From: Camelus ferus
Taxonomy: Eukaryota
Assembly: GCF_009834535.1 (NCBI RefSeq)
Contig: NC_045697.1
Span: 15,564,001-15,628,000 of the forward strand
Length of the DNA stretch: 64,000 bases
Direction of reading: 5' to 3'
Below are positions 52,290-63,329 of the stretch, piece after piece. Below the pieces are notes generated by a model. The model ran no database searches. It was not told the DNA's origin and worked only from the letters and a program-made list of their open reading frames with translations. How positions within the stretch are numbered: position 1 is the first letter of the stretch; each line of letters starts with the position of its first letter. The position numbers were made by a program, and so were the translations under genes.

Positions 52290-52600
52290 ATGTGTATTAC
52301 ATAAAAAGAAAAGGTTAATCCCATTTTAAAAGGCTACAGAAGGGACAGCAATGTAAACCCCCCAAAACATGGGAAGGAGTAAAGAACGAAGAGCAAAAGA
52401 CAACAGCAGTAGACAGCAAGCACACAATGAAGAAAAGGGACGATGCCAACGCTGATTTTCTGAAAAGGTTAATACAAGTGACAAACCTCTGGGAATACTG
52501 AATTTTTTTAAATGGAGAAAACACAAAACAGCATTATCAGGAATTCTGCCAGACCAAAATGTTCTGGAGATTGACTGCACAACTGTGTATGTATTTAACC
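52290..52600 (+). mobile_element. Old L1 fragments
   Basis: gctgattttctgaaaaggttaatacaagtgacaaacctct (ORF2-like) and aaatgttctggagattga...gcacaactgtg (3' UTR-like). Confidence 0.5.
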
Positions 52601-52862
52601 TTTAGGAAATGAGCCTTCCACTCCAATCATTTTTAAATAGGAATATTAAGGACGTAGTTCAGCAGAATGGGCACTGAATTTCCATATATTCATTGAACTC
52701 TTTTCAAAAGTGACAATCACATAATTTGCAAACGGACATAAAACCTAGCATTTTTGTTGGGAGCCCATAATGGATCAGTACTTAAAAGTAAGAGTTTTTA
52801 AAAATGTAATGAAGATGAGGTGGGAATTAAGCTCACTATTGTCTATACCAGGAACTTATCCG

Positions 52863-53297
52863 TGCGGTAGTCTGGTTACTTGTTCACCAAACCGTCTACC
52901 TTTCCTCCCTGGACACATAACTAGACTACATTTCCTAGATTCCTTGCAGTTAGGTGTGGCCCAAACTGTGTTTCGGCCAGTGGATTGTGAGTAGAAGTAA
53001 TTTACACCATCTCCGGGCCTGATCCATACAACGCTCCCTTGAGCTTACCCTCCATCCCCCGAGGAAGTACCTAGAGAAGGGCGGAGTCACGGAACAGCAG
53101 GAAGCTGGGTGAGAACCCCTGGGGAGAGCTGCCATGCCAGGAATACACCCACCAGACCATCCCTCCAGCAAGAATCCTGTACTGTGTTGAGCCTCTAAAA
53201 GGTTGCATTTTTATAAAAGTTAAGTAAGAATCCTGTACTGTGTTGAGCCTCTAAAAGGTTGCATTTTTATAAAAGTTAAGTTTACCCAGACTCAACA
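52863..53297 (+). mobile_element. Old MaLR LTR (MLT1J-like) carrying a 56-bp tandem duplication
   Basis: cctggacacataactagactacatttcctagattccttgcagttaggtgtggcc...ggccagtggattgtgagtagaagt. Confidence 0.7.
53170..53281 (+). repeat. Perfect 2 x 56-bp tandem duplication
   Basis: aagaatcctgtactgtgttgagcctctaaaaggttgcatttttataaaagttaagt at 53170-53225 and 53226-53281. Confidence 0.95.
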
Positions 53298-54686
53298 TGA
53301 AAGTTTAAAAACAAAAACAAACAAAAAACTAAGCAGTAAAAATTGTTCATCATGGTTAACTACCGAATTGACATTTTTACTCAGTTTCATAAAGGAACAG
53401 ACTCTGACAACAAAAACGCCTGTTTAGTACTGGAGCTCATTCCTTTCACGTGCAGCACACACTTTCACGAGACACGGTACGCATGATGACACCTGGCCTG
53501 GCAGGCAAGCATAGCTTGCATATGTGCTTGCTCATTCGAACGCTCTAAATTTATCTGTACAAGCAAAACTTCATCAATATTATATGCCAAGACAGAATGA
53601 ACACAATGATTGCAAAACTGAAAACGTGATTAGCTGGACTCTTTATATTGTTGGAATAACTCAGTTAAGGAATGTATCTGCAGGGCCCTCTGAAAATATT
53701 TTGAACTTTCTGAATAGACTTGGGATGCTCTGATCAGAGTCTTCATCAGTATCTTCTCAAACTAGGTGGCGGTAGCAGACAATGGAATTCAACACACTCT
53801 TTTTCTACACACTCTGTTTTATAAATATGACACGGTTAGAAGGACAATACGTGTTTCAAACAGAATAAAGCATAAGTCTGTGGAAAAAAAAGTTTAACAA
53901 GATTCTGGCTAGGAGTTAACTCTAAGCATTCCAACTCTACAAGAGCAAAGGTAGCGGTCCATTGCAGACTACATAAATGAGGGTTTCTTAAATAATACGG
54001 TCCTCTCCTTCAGTATCCACCTGAGTCATTGATATCCCTGGTTAAAAGATGCTGAAAAAAAGCTATCACCAAAGGCTGCCTGGGACTTCATCACACACAG
54101 AGCTGGGTACACCAAGGAAGACAGAAAGGACTCCTAAACCTACAATGATTACTCCACATGTATTTCTCAGTTGATGCCTCCAGTGTTCCAATATTACCAC
54201 TGGCTAGGAGCCGCTAATGGCCAATGTAAGACATGGTTCTACACGGGAGACCCACAGGTAGGCGGGGAAGAAGATTTAAGACAATACCAAAACTAAAAAA
54301 ATAGAACCTTTTTACTGACTGCAATCTCATCTTGGTCTAAAACCAAGCAACATTATAGTCAGATTTTTATTATTGACAGATTTATAAACAGTTACAAATT
54401 TCTCTTGAAGAGTTTGCCATACTTATACAAATAAATCTACTGGTTTTATTATCACTTATATTTCAGTGGGGAGAAAAAAAGTGAGTTGATCCATATGACA
54501 GTATTAATATAAATTTAGGGAAAATATGGCAAAATTAGCAGAAGTGATGAAATGACTTAAGTCCAGGAAACATCATAATACTTATAAATAATCAAGTTCT
54601 CTCTCAAGCTAAGAGCATTGAAGTGAATATTAAAATAATTAAATGATTTGGGGAATCTGGAAACACAGAATTAACATTTGTTTTAA

Positions 54687-54848
54687 GGGGGGAGGGTACA
54701 GCTCAAGTGGTAGAGCACATGCTTAGCATGCACAAGGTCCTGGGTTCAATCCCCGTACCCCCTCTAAAAATAAATAAATAAGTAAACCTAATTACCCCCC
54801 CAAATAAATAAATAGACATTAAAAATAAATAAATAATAAAATTAAAAA
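54687..54848 (+). mobile_element. tRNA-derived SINE (camelid vic-1-like), young, with 14-bp TSD
   Basis: A box (CAGCTCAAGTGG) and B box (GGTTCAATCCC) followed by an A-rich tail. TSD aacatttgttttaa at 54673-54686 and 54849-54862. Confidence 0.88.
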
Positions 54849-56974
54849 AACATTTGTTTTAAATTTCAGATTGCTGTTGTATGCATCACTTTCCTTGATG
54901 ATTTAATTTAATTCCTGCATTAAATGCATTCAATTAATTTTTTTTTTTACTTCCTCATCTTTTATGGCCTCAATCAACTTCAGTCTGGGTATCTGAACTC
55001 AACGCCTGAAACATGCAGACCTAAATGCTTAAACACCTATGTCTCAATAATGAACACAATCTAAACGTTAGCATCTACACAGAAATTGCCATCTGTTTAT
55101 AAGATTATATTTATTCCTATAAATAGACTGGACATGGATGTAGAATATAAGTTACATGTGCAAAAAAGCCTGGGATTTAGAAATAAGCTGCCACCTACTA
55201 ATGACCTGAAATAGTGACAAATGTTTACACATGTATATAAATCTAGTCAGAAAAATACTCATAAACCTAATTTCTATTTGTTACCTGAAAAATAGGTTAG
55301 CCTGTAACACTAGCACAAAACATCAAATTATATATATATAAAATGTGTACAGTACACACATTACATATAACAGCTTGATTTTAAAAAACTTTCATGGAAT
55401 AAAATAAATCATGTGTGTTTCCTTAAGTAGAATATAACCAGTTATACCTCATTATGAAATTAAAATTCAGATAACTGGGATGAGAATAAAGTTTGGGAAA
55501 ATTAGAGGTAACAGTCACTGAAGAGCACAGGTGCTTACCTTTGGAGAAGCAACACACGTACAAAGCACACTGGCCGTGGCGCCAGCTAACACGGTCCTGG
55601 TCCCAGATGCGCCATCACCTGCTGGTGTGTTCAGGTTCAGCAAGTCAGAAACTCTTTGAGCCTCAGTTGCCATAATTTTTTAAATGAGGAAAATGAATGA
55701 GCTGATTTTTAAGAAAACTGGAACATATCCTAAAAATTTATGATTCTATGAGAAATAGAGAAACCTCAACTAGCAACAAGTCACACGTTATAAAAGACAG
55801 ACATGGGGAAGATGCAATGTTTTATTCACTTCCTAGACACAACATCAAGTTTCAATTCAATCAAATGCTAAGAAGGTAATTCATCACCTATGCTTTATGT
55901 TTCAAAACACTGAGGATATTTTCAGTGGATCTTCATTTTATTCCAAATATTTGATTTTATTCCACTCCCCCATTCTCCCAGTCCCAGGTTTCTCTTCTTT
56001 CTGTTACCTGTAAGGAGCTATATTTAAATTAATAAATGCTTACTGAATGGTGAACATTTTCAGGAAGGGAAATCCCTCACTTCCTGTGGAGCTAGGAAAA
56101 AGTAGAAGAACAAAGTTCTTTTCCTACGTAGAGTTGACCTATGGGTCAAAGAAAACATATTAAATATGGGAATGATGTATTGCAAAAACACAGAGCAAAA
56201 TTTAATAGCAATTTAAAAATAAGAGTTACTTACTTCATATCTTACTAGCTTATATCTTGGTCATTTCTAAACATCCTTCTCCACAAACACTTACTAGGAG
56301 ACCCTGGGCCAGGTGGTACTTTAATGCATACATGGCAAACCTTTCTACTTACTTGCCTTGTTTCCCCAACTGTGCAGAATGCCTTTAAAACCAACACCTA
56401 ACAGAAGGCTTAAATAGAACTACCAGTTTTATTATTGCAAAGTGAAATAATTTATTTCTAAAGCACTAACCCAGTGAAAAGTGGACATTTACACTATCCT
56501 GGGTGATCAGCTGGTGTCGTCTGAGAAGTACTCGATGTTAAGGAGTAAATCTCAGGTTTTGAGGTTTATCAAGCTTTACTCCAGCATTTCTTGAATCTGA
56601 TCTCACTCAAACCTTGAGACTACTGCCTGAAACAGATCTAAACTAAGCCGTACCCATCTTTTCCGGCATTGTCTTGTGTATCAGAGGAAACTGAATGCAC
56701 AAAGCAGTCAGGGCAGACCCAATCTAACTGTCCCAGAAAAGACCCAGTGAGACTGGAGACAGGAGACAGGTGAGGACTGCAGTGCATCGACGACCAGTGA
56801 TTACTTTTGGATCTGACCTGCTTTTGCCCCTAGAATAGAATTTTAAAATTAGTACTTTAGCATGAATCTTGAGCAATTTTGCCTGTTTAATAACAAAGCA
56901 ACAGCCAACAATAGCAAAGAATCCCCCCAAAATAAAGGAATGTGAAACTTACATGAACTCTTCATTTACATTCA

Positions 56975-57210
56975 TATATGTGAAGGGGATTAAGAGGTAC
57001 AGACTTCCAGTTATAAAGTAAGTCATGGGGATATAATGTACAGCATAGGGAACAGAATTAGTAATATTTTAAGACCCGTGTATGAAGACAGATGGTAACT
57101 AGACTTACCGTGGTGATCACTTCATAATGTATAAAAATATCAAATCACTATGTGGCACACCTGAAACTAACAAAGTATTGTAAGTCAAATATACTTCTAT
57201 TTAAAAAGAA
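56975..57210 (+). mobile_element. L1 3' end (L1MA-like), antisense to and just downstream of ADGRA3
   Basis: gaggtacagacttccagttataa...gtcatggggatataatgtacagcataggga...cacacctgaaactaa...tatacttctattt followed by A-rich sequence. Confidence 0.8.
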
Positions 57211-57619
57211 ATAACATATGGGCTGGAAAAAAAAAAAAAAGAATGAATAAGAAAACTAAACCCAAATATAAACCACTGAAAAGCCACTCAAAAATAGTAT
57301 TAGTGAGACAAAAGTGGTATGGCAAAAAGCAGTGCAATTTAGGAAAAGCTTTTTAGGCATTTCCATTTTCAAAAAAAGAGTTCTGTGAGATCGTCTTAAA
57401 AATGCGTAGCACTTAAAACCATATTTATAAAATACATCCATCCATAAGCCCTTTGGTGTATATGCCATAATCAGTGGAGCTAATCATGTAAAAAACTGGT
57501 AACTGATTTACGTATAATTCTCATTAAGCTGTCCCAATGCACAAACTTCATTAAAACAGAATCAAATGCTTCTATTGTAAAGTATAAAAATGTAACATTG
57601 ACATAATGACAAACATCTG

Positions 57620-57625
57620 TTTATT
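57620..57625 (-). terminator. Likely main polyadenylation signal AATAAA of ADGRA3
   Basis: tttatt on the + strand ~315 nt after the stop, with a downstream U-rich tract (catttttatacttt on the minus strand). Confidence 0.7.
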
Positions 57626-57821
57626 GTATTAAATACAAGCCTGAAATGTTAAGTAGACGTTACAGATTCTGAGAAAATTACATTTCGGATTCCAAAAATG
57701 TCCTGCTGGTGCTTTGACCACTTAAAACAATGCTTTAGAGGTTTTTTTTTTTCTTTTTTCTAAATTCATAAAAAAGCAACACTTAGGGGATATACAATAC
57801 ACAGAATCCCAAACTTAGAAG

Positions 57822-57827
57822 TTTATT
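57822..57827 (-). terminator. Possible proximal polyadenylation signal AATAAA
   Basis: tttatt on the + strand ~110 nt after the stop, followed on the minus strand by GU/U-rich sequence (ctgtgtattgt...gcttttttat). Confidence 0.4.
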
Positions 57828-57938
57828 CAAAATTCCTTTGAATCCCTAAGGCGGCTGTAAACTGTTTTCACACGTTCATAGCTGAAAGGAATGTGACTAT
57901 CAGTTTGCATGGACTTCTGCCTTGCAAGCCCACCAGCG

Positions 57939-59181
57939 CTACACAGTCGTTTCGTGTTTCCATAATCCAGTCCTGACATTGCCAGTGCTATCCGTACCCA
58001 GCAGGGGTCCGTCCTGACCGTTGCTTTTGACTGGTCCGTTCTGAATGGCCAAGTTGAGGCCATAAGACTTCTTTTGACCTTCCAGCTCAACCACAGTTGG
58101 CTTCCTTGATGCATCTTTTTTACTGCTAGTGGAAACGGGCTTGTCAAAATTCCTGCCGCTTTTGGGAAGTGTGCTACCAGCATCACTGCTGTCTTGCTGG
58201 GGTGGGTTGCACTGTCTCTCTCTGTAGGCTAAATAAGCCCTTCGGCTCCGGGAGTGTCCTTCTCCGCTGGCCGGCCGGCTTTTGGGCAAGCCGTTCTGCA
58301 CGCTGCCTTCCACGCTGGTGGGGACGTCGTAGGCGTACTCCCGCAGGACCGTCAGGCGGCTGGCCCGGTGCGCTTTGCTTCTGTTTTTATGGTGGCGGCT
58401 TGGGTGCACGTTCGTTCGAAACTGCACTTCTAGGGGCGCCACGTGCATTTTAATATCATTGTCCATCGAGTGTTCCGTCAGACTGTTGTCCAGCTGAGGC
58501 GTGGCGTTCAAGGGCAGGGAGTTGGTTTGGCACTGAGCAGCAGCCGCCTGCAGGTTCGTTAATTTGCAGCCCTGGGAGGAGTTTTTGAAGCTCGACGCAC
58601 TCTTGTTGGTGCAGGAAGACTCCGCGCTGCTGTTGGTGCACTTGGGAGCCTCCCCGCTCGGCCCACTGGAGCTGGGGGGCTGCACGTTGACCTGGACTGA
58701 GTACGAGCTGCGGCCCGGGCAGCAAGTCATGATCCACGCGAGCCGGACGTCCTCCCGACTGACACAGTGGTGAACCACGACGAACGCACTGAGGCTCAGA
58801 CACGTGGCTCCAAAGAAGAAGCTGAAAACCAGGTCCAAAGGGTAATACAGAGAGACAGCCAAGGCCCCAAACATCCACAAAGCCACATATAAGAGCAAAG
58901 TAAGGCTGGCCCCCAAGAGTTGAGCATGGAAAGTGTGCTCATTTTCCAAGGCTGATGTCGAAATCAGGGACAGGGACATGGAGTCCTGATGACTGACTTC
59001 GCCATTCTCATTGGCGGCCAGCCTCTGCTGCTCCTCCGTGGGCTCCTTCAGCTCGTATTTCCGCTCAGGGTGTCTTTTCAACTGAATAAATATGCTCAGA
59101 AAGTACATACAGTTTACGAAAGTGATGAAGCTGGCAGGGCCGTAGAAGGCTCCCAAGGAGGGTTCCCACGCCATCCAGCAA
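57939..59181 (-). CDS. ADGRA3: ADGRA3 (GPR125) terminal coding exon: ECL2 (CW), TM5-TM7 and cytoplasmic tail ending in PDZ-binding motif ETTV
   Basis: Translates (Y)CWMAWEPSLGAFYGPASFITFVNCMYFLSIFIQLKRHPERKY...GLWKHETTV*, recognised as ADGRA3. Acceptor ttttctcttcctag|T (AG at 59183-59182); stop TAG at 57941-57939. The Met at 59174 in the ORF track is internal. Confidence 0.98.
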
Positions 59182-59323
59182 CTAGGAAGAGAAAACGGGG
59201 AACCAGCTCAGACGCAACACATGTCAGCAAAGTGCTTAAGAAACTGCAGGAAACTTTAGTGCCTGGGAAACAGTTTAAAGAGAAGCAACTGACTCAGGTA
59301 CACAGAGAACGTTAAATACTCAC

Positions 59324-59419
59324 TAGGGCGCGTTTGGCCGACTGCCGTAATTCTTGATGTTCGCGGCCGCTGTAATGCCGCAGACTATGATAGGTATCCC
59401 GCCGCCGATCAGGTAAAAC
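59324..59419 (-). CDS. ADGRA3: ADGRA3 penultimate exon (96 nt; TM4 and start of ECL2)
   Basis: Translates (R)[31 protein letters not shown](Y). Acceptor cattcctcctag|G, donor TA|gtgagt. Phase 2 at both ends joins in frame with both neighbouring exons. Confidence 0.97.
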
Positions 59420-59674
59420 CTAGGAGGAATGACGGAAATAACAGTTCATCGTTCCAATTTATTAAGGTGTACACGTTGCAGTCTCTCAGTACTGCAAAAG
59501 CTATTTATTCCTGAAAGATTCATTACTATTCCTATTCCAATAGCAGAACAAAGGTTAACTTTTGGAGGCTTCTTTGCTAACTATAACATTTAAAACAATT
59601 TTTAAACTTACGTTGGATTTCTTTTTTAAAGCATAAAGTCTACTGAGTTTCTGAGTTTAGGAAAGCTGATCAGC

Positions 59675-59693
59675 TTCTGCCACCTTGTGGACA
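59675..59693 (-). promoter_or_regulatory. Candidate CTCF site in an ADGRA3 intron
   Basis: Minus strand reads TGTCCACAAGGTGGCAGAA, matching the CTCF core CCACNAGGTGGCAG. Motif match only. Confidence 0.45.
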
Positions 59694-61699
59694 GGCGAAG
59701 GAACAGCTTCTGCAAGTAGGGGTTTTAGTTTAAACTTTGTTTCTGCTCAGGGAGGAGGGAAATGGGCTTCTTGCAGATGTAGCTGATAAACCAGAAAAGC
59801 AGTCCATTACAAAAACGACTTTAAGATCTCACTGTGCCACAGCTCAGACTAAATATGCAATGGTGTTACTTATGTATTAATGTCCGGCTACACCTGCATA
59901 TTCCGGGATGTCCTACCGCTGTGCTGTGTCTGTTTACCCTCAGGAACTGGGGGCTGGGCGGGGGGTGGGGGTGGGGTACCCGGATCCCAGCAGCTCCCTG
60001 CACTGCCCAGGCCCTTTCTGACCCCCTTCCCACAGACCAGCAGTGGGGTGGGACCTGAGGGAGACAGAGTGGTGGCTGGTCCTATGGGAAAAAAAAAAAC
60101 AACAAAACTTTTTTTTTTTTTTTTTTTTTGGCTGCAGCTTCTTTGAGGTCTCTGAAGAGGAAAGGGGAACTTTCTACCCTGGCTAGTTACTACGGGGTAG
60201 AGTCCATCTTAATTCTGCATTTGCCAGTTTCAGAGACAAAGTCCAAGTGCTGAATTGGCTGGATAAAGGCAATATTCATAACACACCTTTACACACATTT
60301 TTTTCTTAAGTCCTGTTCACAGGTACTAAAATCCTTTAATATGATATTATTGCTTTAAAAGACAGCTAATGACCCTATAACACCACAGGCCTGTCTTGTA
60401 TCTCACAGATTAACGGGAGGCCAACATACGTGACGCTTCCCTTCCTCCTGCTAGACTAATTCGTAGCTGCGTCCAACCTGGAAAGGTATCATTTCACCCA
60501 AATTCATCTTGGGCTCCGCACTCCTCCGTCACTCCTCCCCGGTCCCTCCTCCGGGACTGCCTGTTATTAGCCCTTATTTTTCAGCTTTCATCTACTTCCC
60601 CACTGCTTCTGACTTTCAGCCTACAAATATGTTCCCATTCTCCCCATCTTCTGAAGCCTTCCTTCAACTACCACCTACTTTCCTTCCCCTTCGGTGACAA
60701 ACTCCTGGAAACACCAGCACCATCACCTGCCTCGCCTTTACCAGATTATTGTGAGGTGAGGCTGCTTCCAGCTCCCATGCTCTCTGGGGCCAGCAAAGAC
60801 TCAAGGAAGGGCCCCTGCCAACCCTCCAGGTATCCCTGATGCTGAGGGTTCCTTAAGCTCAGGGACATGGAGGAGGGAGGGCGCCCTAAAGGGCAAACCT
60901 GCACTGTCTAAAGCGGGTCACTGGGAACTGCATACGGTCTGGAGCCCAAGCTGACTTTCACTAATTTTGTGGTTTTAATCATCACCTAACAGAAAGGAAC
61001 AGCTGCACGAGGCTTGGATTTCCAAGTCTCTAGGCCAAACCATCTCTTGGTTCCTTTCATACCACTGACAGAGGCGTCATATCTCCTGTAATCTGACAGT
61101 GGCCGAGTGCTCCAGGGAACCACTCTCCACTGAATCTCTAATGTTCTCTTTCAAACCTCTTTATTTGCTATGGCCCATCTATGCGACTCTGGTATGGCCC
61201 ACGGATCACTCTTAACTAACTTCCCCCTGGGAGAGCTTGTTCATTATCATGGCTTCAACGAACACATGTGAAAAAGTCTCCTGTCTCGTCCAGAGTACAG
61301 GTAGCTCGCCCTCTCTGCTGAGCATCAGGCTCCCAACATGTAAACTTTCCACAACAAAGTACTGGTGAGCCTGCCTCCCCTGTGCTTACTTGCCCGGAGC
61401 CCACCCCGCCCCATCTTCTTTTCCTCTATGCTTTTCTCAGTGGATAGAAGCATCGTCTGCAGAGGGGCCCTAGCTAACTAGAGCAGACGGTCTGCAGCCG
61501 CCTTCGAATTCTCTCCCATGTCTCTTAAAGCCAGCAGGTCATCCACCGGGGAGAAACTGTCTCAAGTCTCTGACCCTGTATCCCCTCTATTCTTTATGCC
61601 CCTGTTCTACTTTCATTCCTCACAGGGGACCATCAATGACCCCCACAGAATTATTCTTATATGCCCCCTACTCTTGGGTATTCCAATTTATAGCTCACA

Positions 61700-61890
61700 T
61701 TTTTTTAATTGACGTATAGTCGACTTACAATGTTGTGTCAATTTCTGGTGTACAGAATAGTGATTCAGTTATACATATATATATATATATTCCTTTTCAT
61801 ATTCTTTGTCATTATAGGCTATTACAAAGTACTGAATATAGTTCCCTGTGCTGTACAGTCGGACCTTCTTATGTATCTGTTTTCTATATA
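61700..61890 (-). mobile_element. Intronic L1 3' end
   Basis: ttttaattgacgtatagtcgacttacaatgttgtg...atatagttccctgtgctgtacag. Degenerate TSD tatagctcacatt / tacagcccacatt. Confidence 0.8.
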
Positions 61891-62439
61891 TACAGCCCAC
61901 ATTATAATGCAGCCTCCCAAGGCCCAAAAATCACCTTTCACCCTTAATTCCTGCTACTCTTACTCTTAGGTTGTAGCCACAGCCAAAATGTATTTCTCCA
62001 AGTGCACTCAGCTCAGCACATAACCCCGTCCCTGGAGTACTACCTCTGCCCTTTACACTTGTCATCAAGCAGTTCCTAGGAACCCCCCATCGCCCCCCCA
62101 GAATGGATGACTCCTCCACTGTTGCTTTCACACAACGCACCTGCACAACAGCTCGTACCCAGCTGCAGTCAGCTCTTCATACCCTGGCTTGTAAAGCCCT
62201 CAAGGACGCAGGTCTGCCTTCAGTCCCTGCCCTAGTGCCAGGTACACACCCAGCGTTCAACACAGAGACACTGATCATTTCTACTCATCCAGCACAATTA
62301 TCCACTGACGATTGTTAAAATTATAATGCTAGGAACAGCGTGACCCCAAAACTGTTTTGTCTTTTGTAGAGAATAACTACACTGAGCAGATTAGTATCTA
62401 TCACATGACCTCAAGGAAATTACAGTTATTTTCAGAGCC

Positions 62440-62640
62440 TATTCTATGGCCAGCACCATCTTAGCTGCTTTATACACTAAGTCACTTATTCCCCACCACA
62501 ACTGTATGAAGGAGAATCATTCCCGCTTTGTAGATGAGTCAGGCACCAAGAGGATACAAAACTTCAAGAACACTATCAGCCGGCAGGGTGCACAGCCAGT
62601 GTTCAAAACCAGGCGGCCCGGTTTACAAGCCCATTCTTTT
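62440..62640 (-). mobile_element. Intronic MIR
   Basis: gccagcaccatcttagctgctttataca...cccgctttgtagatgag...gttcaaaaccaggc. Confidence 0.55.
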
Positions 62641-62744
62641 ATTTTCTAAAATTCCCTCAGCAATTTTCTGTTACGATCATGCTTCATTCAATGTAATATC
62701 TGACGAACGTTTAACATAAGACAGTACATGACGGTATCAGATAC

Positions 62745-62890
62745 CTGAGCATCGGTCTTGGTGGAGGTGGCAGTTCATCAGGATCCTGGCATCTCTTAGC
62801 TTTTTTAGTGACTTGTTTATAGATATTTCGAGCTGTCACTCCCACCCATAGTACTGTAGCAAGGGTGGAATAATGAAGAATTATTCCAAC
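62745..62890 (-). CDS. ADGRA3: ADGRA3 third-from-last exon (146 nt; TM3 and ICL2)
   Basis: Translates [48 protein letters not shown](R). Acceptor ttctttctag|GTT, donor AG|gtatct. Upstream exons lie beyond the right edge of the window. Confidence 0.97.
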
Positions 62891-63329
62891 CTAGAAAGAA
62901 GATTGAAGAATATGTAAACTAAGAGGGGGAAAAACAATTACCTTTAACAGTCATCAAGTGTAGCAGCTGCCAGTAAGCTTTATCAGAAAGACTGGGAAGT
63001 TACTTTCAAAAATCTGATTCAAAAACAGTATGGAGTATTCTCATGATCAACCCCTCTGCCTGCTAATGAAACACAGAAAGCAATCTAACAGGTGTGCAAA
63101 CAGGCAAGCAGGTCCTCTAACAGACTAGCCGACAGCTGGATCCAGGAGGCCCACGGACTACAACTTACACCGAGATGACTCAATACACCACAGAATTCGC
63201 TTTGAAAAATAATAAACCAAAGGCATGTTTCTCCAAGATGCTATGCTATAAATTAGAGTTGAGTTCCTCCTTTTAAGGAGGAATGTAGAGGTCAAGGGTG
63301 ACTGGGGTGTGAAAGTCACAGCACACAGA

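Larger units (their letters stand above)
57600..57938 (-). other. ADGRA3: ADGRA3 3' UTR (approximate end)
   Basis: Non-repetitive AT-rich sequence after the stop, with AATAAA at 57625-57620 followed by U-rich sequence. The cleavage site is inferred. Confidence 0.7.

Noticed and set aside
53170..53281. CRISPR-like or other repeat-spacer array
   Set aside because: Only two adjacent copies with no spacer, in mammalian DNA; no repeat-spacer array was seen anywhere in the window.
54687..54765. tRNA gene
   Set aside because: The tRNA-like head is followed by a SINE tail and flanked by TSDs, with diverged sibling copies in the window, so it is a SINE.
57900..57941. Stop-codon readthrough masking the PDZ motif (TAG CGC..., 12 codons to TGA)
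   Set aside because: The context is not the UGA-CUAG readthrough motif and there is no evidence the extension is conserved.
58169..58878. Antisense ORFs (58169-58453, 58564-58773) and alternative-frame ORF (58456-58878, 140 aa) overlapping ADGRA3
   Set aside because: Expected by-products of a GC-rich coding exon with few stops in other frames; no recognisable protein and no independent promoter or splice evidence.
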